Assembly: GCA_038231275.1 (NCBI GenBank)
Contig: JBBRLQ010000013.1
Location: forward strand, 128,001-192,000
Source of the DNA: Polyangiales bacterium
GTDB taxonomy: Bacteria; Myxococcota_A; Polyangia; Polyangiales; Polyangiaceae
DNA: 64,000 bases
Reading direction: 5' to 3'
The notes under the pieces were generated by a model that was not told the origin of the DNA, searched no databases, and worked only from the letters and a program-made list of their open reading frames with translations. The translations under genes and the position numbers were made by a program. This document shows, in pieces, positions 56,316 through 64,000 of the stretch; within the stretch, counting starts at the first letter, position 1; each line of letters begins with the position of its first letter.

Positions 56316-58319
56316 TCACCCGAGGTGGGCGTCGAACCAGGCGAGCATCCGCTCCATGATGTCGCGTTGGTTCTTCGCCTTCTGCGGGCCATGCGGCTCG
56401 CCGGGGTAGGTGACGAGCTCCGTCTCGACGCCCAGGTGCTTGAGCGCGCGGTAGAGCGCCTGCGATTGCCCGATGGGGTTATTGCGATCGGCCTCGCCGT
56501 GCACGATCAACGTCGGCGTCTTGGCGTTCTTGATGCTGCTCGAAGGCGAGTTCTTGGCGAAGACGTCGGGGTTGTTCCACGGGGTGCCGAAGTGCCACTC
56601 GTCGCCGGCCGGGCCGTTCTCGGTCCCGAACTCGGCGGCTTGGTCGAAGACACCGGCACCGGCGACCGCTGCAGCAAAGCGCGTGGTGTGCCCGATGGCC
56701 CACGCGGTCATCTCGGCGCCGTACGACCAGCCGCCGATGCCGAGGCGAGCCGGGTCGACCTCGCCGCGTGCCAGCACGTGGTCGAGGACTGCGATCAGAT
56801 CCTTGTAGTCGCCGCCGCCCCAGTCGCCGCGGTTCGCCTTCACGAATGCCTCGCCGTAGCCGGTCGAGCCGCGCGGATTGACGAGGAGCACCTGGTAGCC
56901 GCGTGCGACGAGGAGCTGCGCCCACGCGTTGAACCAAAAATAGTCGGATGAAAAATTCGAGTTGGGTCCACCGTGCACGAGGAGCACGAGCGGCTGCTTG
57001 CGGGCGCCCGGCGACGACGATGGCTTCAGCAAGGCGGCTTCGACAGTTGCGCCGTCGAAGCTCGCCACCCGGAAGATCTCGGCGTCGACGAGCGCTACGT
57101 CCTTCCACGCCTCCTCTTGCAGTCGACCCATCTGTCGAACCGGTCCTGCTTTCGGTTTCAGGAAGAGCTCGGGCAAACGATTGAACGCGACCCCCACGAA
57201 CGCGATGGTCCCGTCGCGTGCCACATCGATGGTCCGGGCGGAGAGCGGCAGATCAACGAGCGCCGGGGTGAACGCCGGCGCCTCGAGGCGGTAGAGGGCG
57301 TTCCGAAATCCGTCCGACGCGCGGAGTACGACGGCGCGCTCGCCTTGCCAGCGGGCGCTGAGCACGGGCCGATCGAGCGCGCGCGAGACGTTCCGCGCCG
57401 GACCGCCGGCGCTAGGGGTGAGGAAGAGGTCGTGGGGCATCGGGCCTGACGCAGCGGTCCCCACGAACGCGAGCTGGGCGCCGCTGGGCGACGGCACGAT
57501 GTCACTGAAGGGCGGCGCAGGGCGGGCTACCTCGACGAAGCGGCCATCCGCGATGCCGACCGAAAAGATGCCGTCGTCCCAGCTCTCCGCGCGCGGGTGC
57601 GCGTTCGCGACGACGACGAGCCGTCCTGCAATCGGCCACGTGAGCTCATGAATCGCATAGGGCGCGGTCGTGACTTGACGCGCCTTCTTCGCGACCACGT
57701 CGAGGATCCAGACGCGCTCGAGATCTTGCTCGCGATCGACCGGATGCGGTCCGTCGGTCTTGGAGCCTGCGGCGCGCGCGAGGAACGCGATGTTCTTGCC
57801 ATCGGGGGACCACGCGTAATCGCCGACGCCGCCCTCCGCGCTCGTGAGCGGGGTGGCCTCGCCTCCGCCCGTGGGGATCGCGTAGACCTGCATCTCGCCC
57901 CCGCGCGACGAGAGGAACGCGAGCGTTCTCCCGTCTGGGCTCCATCGCGGCGACCGCTCGGACTTGCGCGACGAAGTGAAGGCACGGACTTCGCCACCGC
58001 GAACATCGGCCATCCACACGTGCGACTCGGTGCCGACATCGGTGGCTTCGGAGAGCACGAACGCGATTTTCGCGCCGTCCGGTGAAAATCGCAGGTCTCC
58101 AGGTCGGCGAAAGCGCACGGCGCGATCCGGCGTGAGCGCACCGGCGGCGGGAGCGCTTCGCGAACCCGGCGCTGCGGCAGCCGGCGACACTGCCCCCCGT
58201 GACGAAGGCGCGTCCTGCGCGGCGCCGACCATTGCGCGGGTCGTCGCCTCCGGCACCCGCGGAGCGCCGCCGCAGCCGATTGCGAGTACCAACCACCCCG
58301 AGAGCGCGCCGATCCGCAT
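56316..58319 (-). CDS. S9 family (acylaminoacyl/dipeptidyl) peptidase
   Basis: WSPDG propeller, HGGP, GWSYG, D, H triad. Confidence 0.92.
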   Translation of the reverse strand: MRIGALSGWLVLAIGCGGAPRVPEATTRAMVGAAQDAPSSRGAVSPAAAAPGSRSAPAAGALTPDRAVRFRRPGDLRFSPDGAKIAFVLSEATDVGTESHVWMADVRGGEVRAFTSSRKSERSPRWSPDGRTLAFLSSRGGEMQVYAIPTGGGEATPLTSAEGGVGDYAWSPDGKNIAFLARAAGSKTDGPHPVDREQDLERVWILDVVAKKARQVTTAPYAIHELTWPIAGRLVVVANAHPRAESWDDGIFSVGIADGRFVEVARPAPPFSDIVPSPSGAQLAFVGTAASGPMPHDLFLTPSAGGPARNVSRALDRPVLSARWQGERAVVLRASDGFRNALYRLEAPAFTPALVDLPLSARTIDVARDGTIAFVGVAFNRLPELFLKPKAGPVRQMGRLQEEAWKDVALVDAEIFRVASFDGATVEAALLKPSSSPGARKQPLVLLVHGGPNSNFSSDYFWFNAWAQLLVARGYQVLLVNPRGSTGYGEAFVKANRGDWGGGDYKDLIAVLDHVLARGEVDPARLGIGGWSYGAEMTAWAIGHTTRFAAAVAGAGVFDQAAEFGTENGPAGDEWHFGTPWNNPDVFAKNSPSSSIKNAKTPTLIVHGEADRNNPIGQSQALYRALKHLGVETELVTYPGEPHGPQKAKNQRDIMERMLAWFDAHLG

Positions 58320-58540
58320 GGCCTTGCCATATCATCGCGCGCGATCGTAAAGGCTCCCGAGAGAGCGTTACGCCGCGAGGACGTGGTCCCGTCGACCGCC
58401 GCGCGCGCCCCGAGGAAGCTGCGGGGGCGATGGCACGTAGGATGCGGCGATGCCCCGCACGGCGCTTTTCGTCGCCGCGCTGCTCGCGGGGCGGCACCTC
58501 CGGCGACGCGGGCGACGCTCCGCCTGGCGTGAGCGCCGCG

Positions 58541-58714
58541 ATGCTCGAGGCCGACGGCTGGTCGCTCGCCCGTCCTCCGCACCTCTTCGAGACGAGCCGC
58601 CCGCGCGTCTTCGCGGTGGGCGACGTCCGCGCCACCAGCGTAAAGCGCGTCGCCTCGGCGGTGGGTGAAGGATCGGTGTGCATTCAGCTCGTACACAAGG
58701 CGCTCGGCGAATAG
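58541..58714 (+). pseudogene. C-terminal fragment of a thioredoxin reductase-like oxidoreductase
   Basis: ETS.P.VFAVGDVR..SVKRVASAVGEG with no upstream FAD/NADPH domains. Confidence 0.75.
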
Positions 58715-58715
58715 C

Positions 58716-59426
58716 TCACGGCGCGCAGTGGTTGGTCGGCAACGTCGGGCAGGAGAGCGGCGCATTGAACGTCCCCTTCACGGCGCCGTCTTTGTAGGTG
58801 ATGTCGAACGAGCCGACGATCGCCGTGGCGGTGACCGCCGAGATGGTGACGGTGCCGGACTGCGCGCCCCGATCAACGAGCGGTTTGCACGTCGTCGCGT
58901 CGAGGTGAATGAACGGCGCGTCGGCGAAGGGCAGCGCCGTCTGCGGGAACTGGAAAATCGGGAACGTGCCGGGCTGCGGGCCGTCGGTCACCAGCTGGAG
59001 ATCGATGCCGAAGAAGATTTCGTCTTGCCGGATAATTCCCGCGCCGCAGAGGTTCGGTCGATCGCCGAAGTTGAGCATCACGCGCGTCTTTACGCCTGGG
59101 TCGGTCCCTGGCATCACGTGCGCATAGCCGTCGACGGCGACGAGCGTGTCGCCCCCGACGCTGCCGGTGATCGCGAGGAGCGGGCCCGGATCCGCGTCGG
59201 GCGCCGCCGCGGAATCGGCCGGCGTGGCGCCGTCGTTGGATGGACCAGCATCGGGGCTCGGCGTGCTCCCGTCGGCCAAAGGCCCGTCGGTCAGGGCCAC
59301 GTCACTGCCCGAGGCATCGACCGGGCCGGTCCCCGACGTCGATGTGCTCGGGCCACACGCTGCGAGCACCACGGCGACGAGAGGAGTCGCGCAAACGAAC
59401 ACGGGAAAGAAAGGATGGGTCTTCAT
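58716..59426 (-). CDS. Hypothetical lipoprotein
   Basis: LAAC lipobox; SGTVTI...G.FD..F..G...GTFNA..C C-terminus. Confidence 0.7.
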   Translation of the reverse strand: MKTHPFFPVFVCATPLVAVVLAACGPSTSTSGTGPVDASGSDVALTDGPLADGSTPSPDAGPSNDGATPADSAAAPDADPGPLLAITGSVGGDTLVAVDGYAHVMPGTDPGVKTRVMLNFGDRPNLCGAGIIRQDEIFFGIDLQLVTDGPQPGTFPIFQFPQTALPFADAPFIHLDATTCKPLVDRGAQSGTVTISAVTATAIVGSFDITYKDGAVKGTFNAPLSCPTLPTNHCAP

Positions 59427-59440
59427 GCGCCGCGCCTTTT

Positions 59441-59455
59441 GCAACGCCCGGGCCG
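59441..59455 (-). promoter_or_regulatory. sigma54-like promoter
   Basis: CGGCCC-GGGCG-TTGC, 14 nt before the ATG at 59426. Confidence 0.5.
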
Positions 59456-59561
59456 CGCGATGAAGTGGAGCAACGCGTGGGAAATGTCGGCGTGCGCGAC
59501 GCGCGCTGTGAACGATGGACCACACGAAAGCGGAACGAGCGGCCAGAGGCGCTGCTCGAGA

Positions 59562-60176
59562 TCACAGCGCGAACGTGATCGTCTTCTTCTCGTCCTTGCT
59601 CGACAGGTTCACGTTCGCGCCGAACGTCCGGCTGCCGACGCGCGCGCCGAGGCGGACGCAGAGGGGCAAGCTGGCGCCTTTCGCGTCGTTCAGCTTCACC
59701 TCCACCCGATACTTTCCCCGCGGGGGCTCGGCACCCTCGTAATAGACGGTCTCTTCGTTCTGGCCGTTGCACTGCTCGGTCGGGCAGTCGCGATCGAGTC
59801 GGAAGCCGGTCGGCGTCGACTTGTTTTGGGCGCTCGTCGTCGTGCCGGCCGGATCGACGACCGACAGATCCACGTCCGCCGCCGCTTCGCCCCACGCGAT
59901 CGAGAACTGGAGCAGCCCCGTCGCCACGCCGCAGCCCTCGTCGATGACGCCGTTGCAGTTGTCGTCGATCGCGTTGAAGCAGAGCTCCACGCCGGTCGGC
60001 GTGCATGCGGTGACCAGCTCCACCCCATCCGAGCACGAGAGCGCCTGCGCGCTCAGCGACTCGGCGCCCACCGGTCGCCCTGCAGGCCCGCACGCGCTCG
60101 CGAGGACGAGCGCGACGGGCAACGCGAGGGCGAACCGCGCGCGCGTCCCCCCGTAGGGGATCACGAAGCGCGTCAC
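59562..60176 (-). CDS. Lipoprotein with C-x-x-x-D-D-N-C-N-G-x-x-DE motif and DUF2135/YfaP-like domain
   Basis: ELCFNAIDDNCNGVIDEGC; W....DVDL.V.DP.G...LDRD...N.E; GTGA overlap with upstream gene. Confidence 0.65.
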   Translation of the reverse strand: MTRFVIPYGGTRARFALALPVALVLASACGPAGRPVGAESLSAQALSCSDGVELVTACTPTGVELCFNAIDDNCNGVIDEGCGVATGLLQFSIAWGEAAADVDLSVVDPAGTTTSAQNKSTPTGFRLDRDCPTEQCNGQNEETVYYEGAEPPRGKYRVEVKLNDAKGASLPLCVRLGARVGSRTFGANVNLSSKDEKKTITFAL

Positions 60177-62695
60177 TTCGGCGCGACGACCTTCCCGCCG
60201 CCACCCTGCGCACTGGGCTGATCCGGGAGCTTCTCGGTCGTGAGCTTCGGGTTCATGACCTCGAAGAACGCCTTCTTCGCGGCCTCTTGCCACGCGCCGG
60301 TCTCGTTCTTGAGCGCCATGAGGACGCCCTTCTCCTTCAGGAACTTCAAGATCCCGATCGCGTTGTTGCGCTTGATCTCGTTGGCGCCCTTCGCGTCCAT
60401 GTAGAGGCGAACGCGCAGCTGCACGCGCGTGACCGAGTGCGGGCCGTTGTCGAAGTCGATGCCCTGAATGCCGCGCGAGAGGACCATCTTCGGCCAGTCT
60501 TGCAGCGCGTCGTGCACCTTCACGTGCCGGCACGCTTCGGTGTTCTCGATCCAGCGCGCGACGTCGCCGTTCTCGTAGTTCTTGTCGCTCCAGTAGCCGA
60601 AGGTCTGGTTGTAGATGACCTTGAGCTCCTCCATCGCCTCGGGCGTCACGTCGTTGTACGACGCGATCGCGCGCATCGCGGTGTCGCCGTCGCCGCCGAG
60701 GAGGAGCGCGAGCGCCGCATCCGAGCGGAGGCTGGGGTCTTTCAGCTTCTCGAAGATCTGCGGGATCATGTTGCGCGTGACGCCGCCGAAGCCGATCGCG
60801 CGGGCGACCTGGTGGCGGACCTCGAGATCCTGATCGGCTCGCATCAAGTCGACGAGCCCGGCGGTCGCCTCGGGAACCGGGCGGTGCACGAGCGTCTCGA
60901 GGTAGCAGCCGCGAATCAGCTGATTTTTCGGGTCGGGCTTGTTGTAGTCGTGAACCTTCTTCACGACCTCCTTCATCTGCTCGTCGCTCGCGACCCACGA
61001 CAAGGAGAAGCACGCCTCGAGGCGCGACTGCTCGTTGTTCTGCTGGTCCTCGATGTACTTGGTGAGGAGCGGGAACGCCTTGCTGTCGCCCCACTGCGCG
61101 AAGCCGTGCGCCGCGCCGACGCCAATGGCCCGCAGGGTCATCCCGAGCACAGCGAGGCCGCCCTGGAGGAGCGACTCCATCGTCGCGTCGACCTTCGGCG
61201 GGCGGCGCGTGAGCTGCTTCTCGAGGAGCGGCCAGCTCCCGTCGTCCTTCATCCACCCGAGGTAACGGAGGCCGCTCTGCGCGGTCGCCCACGTCGCCGG
61301 GAAATCCGGCTGCCCCGGCTGCGGGAACTTGTCCGCCGGATCGGCCCACTTGCGCATCGGCTTCAGCGCCTTCGGTGAGTGCGCGGCCGCGAGGAAGCGC
61401 AGCGCGTTGGCGTGCGGTTGCGGCTTGTCGGTCGCCCAGAAGAGGACCGCGTCCTCGGCGCCGCGCAGGATCTCGTCACGCTTCTCGGGGTAGAGCACCG
61501 CGAGATCGGCGAGCATGCGCGCGGAGACGACGCGCTCGTTGTCGTCCATCATGAGCTCGGGATCGTCGGCCTTGCTGTAGATCTTGAGCGGGTCCTGCGT
61601 CATGCGCCACGCGAGGTGCGGCACCGCGCGGACGTCGCCGATCTCGGCCATGCGCAGCGCGGCTTCGGTGCGCCAGTGCGGCTTCGGGTTCTGCGTGTTC
61701 AGGTACTCGAGGAGGGCGTCGCCGCCGCGCGGATCCTCGAGCTCGCGGATCATGTCGAAGATGACCTTGTTCTGGTGCTTCTCGCGCTCGTACGTCTCCT
61801 TGTTGACGGTGCGGAGCGCGAGGACGAGGCCCTTGGTGCCGATGCCGTCGCGGAGCGCCTCGAGGAAGCGGGCGCGCGAGTCCTTGTCGGCCTTGGTGAG
61901 CGCGGCGAGGAGCGGGCCCATCGCCTCGTCGGTGGCGATCTTGCCGAGACCGACCGCGGCCTCGCGCGCGACGTCGACGGATTTGTCCTGCACGAGCCTG
62001 GTGAGCACGCTCGTCCACTTCGGCTCGGTGTTGCGCGACAGGACCGTCGCCACGAGCTGACGAACGCTCTCGCTCTCGTCGCCGGCGAGCGTCGCCAGCT
62101 TGTCGAGCGTGACCATCGACGCGAGCACTTCGGGATCGAACGCCGGCGCGCCGTCGGCCTTCTGGATGTTGGCGAGGTGCCCCTGGCGGTACTCCGCGAG
62201 GACCTGATCGAACGCCGCCGCTTCCTTCAGCGTAGCGAGCGCCCAGCAAATTTGCGGCTTGTCGCTGGCGTCGGACTCGGCGAGCGCCTTCATGAGCGGG
62301 CCCTTCCCGGCCTCGGCGGTCGGCGAGCCGTACTCGAGGATCGCCTGCGCCGCGGTGCCGCGCACGCGGTGATCGTCGGACGCGAACCCCTTGATGATGA
62401 GGTTCATCCCTTCGGGATCCTTCTCCCACGCGAGCTCGACGAAGGCCTCTTGCTGAAGCGCCGGCACGTCGCTGCGCGCCGCCCACGAGCGCCACTTCGG
62501 CAGCTGCTCGGCCTTCGGCAGGATGACGATCGATTTCTTCTCTTTCGAGATCTGATCGACGGAGAGCTTCTCGCCCTCCCCCTTGATCCCGAAGTAGGCC
62601 GCCGCCGCGCCGCCCAGGACGAGCGCGAGGGCGACGATGACCAGCGCGGGCTTCGCCGCGCCGCGCTTGAAATTCCCGTCGTCGAGGTCTTGCAT
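60173..62695 (-). CDS. Membrane-anchored HEAT-repeat protein
   Basis: N-terminal TM, repeated VR..AA..LG units. Confidence 0.8.
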   Translation of the reverse strand: MQDLDDGNFKRGAAKPALVIVALALVLGGAAAAYFGIKGEGEKLSVDQISKEKKSIVILPKAEQLPKWRSWAARSDVPALQQEAFVELAWEKDPEGMNLIIKGFASDDHRVRGTAAQAILEYGSPTAEAGKGPLMKALAESDASDKPQICWALATLKEAAAFDQVLAEYRQGHLANIQKADGAPAFDPEVLASMVTLDKLATLAGDESESVRQLVATVLSRNTEPKWTSVLTRLVQDKSVDVAREAAVGLGKIATDEAMGPLLAALTKADKDSRARFLEALRDGIGTKGLVLALRTVNKETYEREKHQNKVIFDMIRELEDPRGGDALLEYLNTQNPKPHWRTEAALRMAEIGDVRAVPHLAWRMTQDPLKIYSKADDPELMMDDNERVVSARMLADLAVLYPEKRDEILRGAEDAVLFWATDKPQPHANALRFLAAAHSPKALKPMRKWADPADKFPQPGQPDFPATWATAQSGLRYLGWMKDDGSWPLLEKQLTRRPPKVDATMESLLQGGLAVLGMTLRAIGVGAAHGFAQWGDSKAFPLLTKYIEDQQNNEQSRLEACFSLSWVASDEQMKEVVKKVHDYNKPDPKNQLIRGCYLETLVHRPVPEATAGLVDLMRADQDLEVRHQVARAIGFGGVTRNMIPQIFEKLKDPSLRSDAALALLLGGDGDTAMRAIASYNDVTPEAMEELKVIYNQTFGYWSDKNYENGDVARWIENTEACRHVKVHDALQDWPKMVLSRGIQGIDFDNGPHSVTRVQLRVRLYMDAKGANEIKRNNAIGILKFLKEKGVLMALKNETGAWQEAAKKAFFEVMNPKLTTEKLPDQPSAQGGGGKVVAPK

Positions 62696-62767
62696 GACGC
62701 CGCGAGGCTACCCCTTCGGCGGGGGATTTTCACTCGTTTTTGCCGCGAGTTGTGGCAGAGAGCCGTC

Positions 62768-63175
62768 GTGCGAACGGTCATCGTGGCGGCAGGGATCGTG
62801 ATCGAGGACGGGCGCGTGCTCCTCACGCAGCGCAAGGAGGGGGCGCACCTCGCCGGGATGTGGGAATTTCCCGGCGGCAAGGCGGAGGCGGGAGAGGATC
62901 CGCGCGAGGCGTTGCGACGCGAGCTCCTCGAAGAGCTGGGAATCGCGTGCGACGTCGGGGACATCGTCGACGTCGCGTTTCATCGGTACGAAGACGCGGA
63001 GAAGGCGGTCCTCCTCTTGTTTTACGAAGCGACGCGCAGGCCCGAATCGCCGCCGCCCAAGGCCCTCGACGTCGCCGCGTTCGCGTGGAGCGGTAAAGAC
63101 GCGCTCGATCCGGCGCGGTTCCCCCCGGCGGACGTGGCCGTGCTCCAGAAGGTCGCGCGGCGGCTCGAGGGGTGA
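62768..63175 (+). CDS. NUDIX hydrolase, MutT/NudG-like
   Basis: WEFPGGK.E.GE....AL.REL.EELG. Confidence 0.9.
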   Translation: MRTVIVAAGIVIEDGRVLLTQRKEGAHLAGMWEFPGGKAEAGEDPREALRRELLEELGIACDVGDIVDVAFHRYEDAEKAVLLLFYEATRRPESPPPKALDVAAFAWSGKDALDPARFPPADVAVLQKVARRLEG

Positions 63176-63248
63176 AGGATCGCTGAAGAAACGGCCCTTC
63201 ACGTTCCAGCAAGGGCCCCGAGCGCGCGGCGGGGGTACGCTACGTCGC

Positions 63249-64000
63249 ATGAGAACTTCAGCGCTCTTGTGCGTCGCGTCCGTCGCGTCCGTGGGTGGAT
63301 TCTTCCAGGTCGGCTGCTCGAGCTCGAGCAGCTCCGGAGGAACCGACGCCGGGAGCGACGCGAGCGACGCGGGCGGTTCGAGCACGGACGCCGCCGACGC
63401 CGCGCACGCACCTTACGACGCCGGCGACACCGACTCCGGTCCCATCCTCAACCCGCCCCCTCCTCCCGGCGGCGGCGTCGGGTGGCGGTCCGTCGTCGGC
63501 GCGGACGGGTTCTTCGGGCAGACGTTCGACGATCGCACGTGGGCCGGCCGTGTCGTCGGCGTCCGCTCGCTCTTCTCGGTAACGTGCTGGGGCAACCTCC
63601 GCGGTTGGATCTCCGGTCATAACGGGCTCGTCGCGCGCACCGACGACGGCGGTCAGACGTGGGCGCCCGAGGACGCGCACCTCGCAGGCGATCTCCTCGC
63701 CATCCGCTTCGGGTCGCCCACGCTCGGCGTCGTCGCCGGACAATCGGGCGCGCTCGCCATCACGCGCGACGGCGGCGTCCACTGGCTCCCCACGGCCAGC
63801 GGCACGAACGTCACCCTCCGCGGCGCGGCTGTCGCGGGCGACGTCGGCGTGATGATCGTGGTCGGCGACGGCGGCACCATCCTCCGCTCCGCCGACTCCG
63901 GCGGGACGTGGGCGCCTGCCCGCGCGCCCGGCGCCGGCGATCTCCGCGCGGTCGCGTCGGACTCCGGCGCGCACGTCGTCCTCGCCGTCGACGCGCTCGG
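63249..64000 (+). CDS. YCF48/BNR-repeat beta-propeller lipoprotein (3' truncated)
   Basis: Open frame to window end; QVGC lipobox; repeated RT.DGG.TW Asp-boxes. Confidence 0.8.
   Translation, partial: MRTSALLCVASVASVGGFFQVGCSSSSSSGGTDAGSDASDAGGSSTDAADAAHAPYDAGDTDSGPILNPPPPPGGGVGWRSVVGADGFFGQTFDDRTWAGRVVGVRSLFSVTCWGNLRGWISGHNGLVARTDDGGQTWAPEDAHLAGDLLAIRFGSPTLGVVAGQSGALAITRDGGVHWLPTASGTNVTLRGAAVAGDVGVMIVVGDGGTILRSADSGGTWAPARAPGAGDLRAVASDSGAHVVLAVDAL

Noticed and set aside
59456..59560. Fourth member of the GCCTCAC regulon
   Set aside because: Has a sigma54-like promoter but no GCCTCAC/GTGAGGC palindrome upstream
59562..61349. 595-aa ORF
   Set aside because: Its upstream part overlaps the HEAT gene out of frame; the real gene likely starts at 60176

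Overview
High-GC bacterial DNA whose gene content (Ser/Thr kinase-PEGA pairs, an FHA-sigma54 activator, many 'DAG'-rich lipoproteins) suggests a myxobacterium, probably Polyangiaceae-like (inference). It has four parts. (1) 1-14 kb: metabolic and regulatory genes, including a choline/betaine-flavoured set (GcvT-type dehydrogenase, Rieske oxygenase, BetI-like TetR with a clear operator). (2) ~14.0-25.5 kb: a probable older accessory island, bounded by an IS66 relic and an integrase C-terminal relic. It carries what looks like a self-contained sigma54 regulon: an FHA-bEBP, a Ser/Thr kinase, and three secreted-lipoprotein genes that each have a -24/-12 promoter and a shared GCCTCAC-N20-23-GTGAGGC upstream palindrome. 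(3) 25,523-36,404: an apparently intact ~10.9 kb element integrated at the 3' end of tRNA-Glu(TTC). It has a 24-bp att duplication, candidate arm sites, integrase, xis, an AAA helicase plus ori-like repeats, a terS-like HTH gene, an HNH gene, one tail-like gene and two HEPN-like cargo genes, but no capsid, portal or large terminase, so it is a candidate myxobacterial phage satellite. (4) 36.5-64 kb: mostly core-like genes (rpsT, yacG, histidine kinases, PrsW, Fe-S oxidoreductase, peptidases, NUDIX). Family assignments come from motif recognition by eye; no database searches were run.
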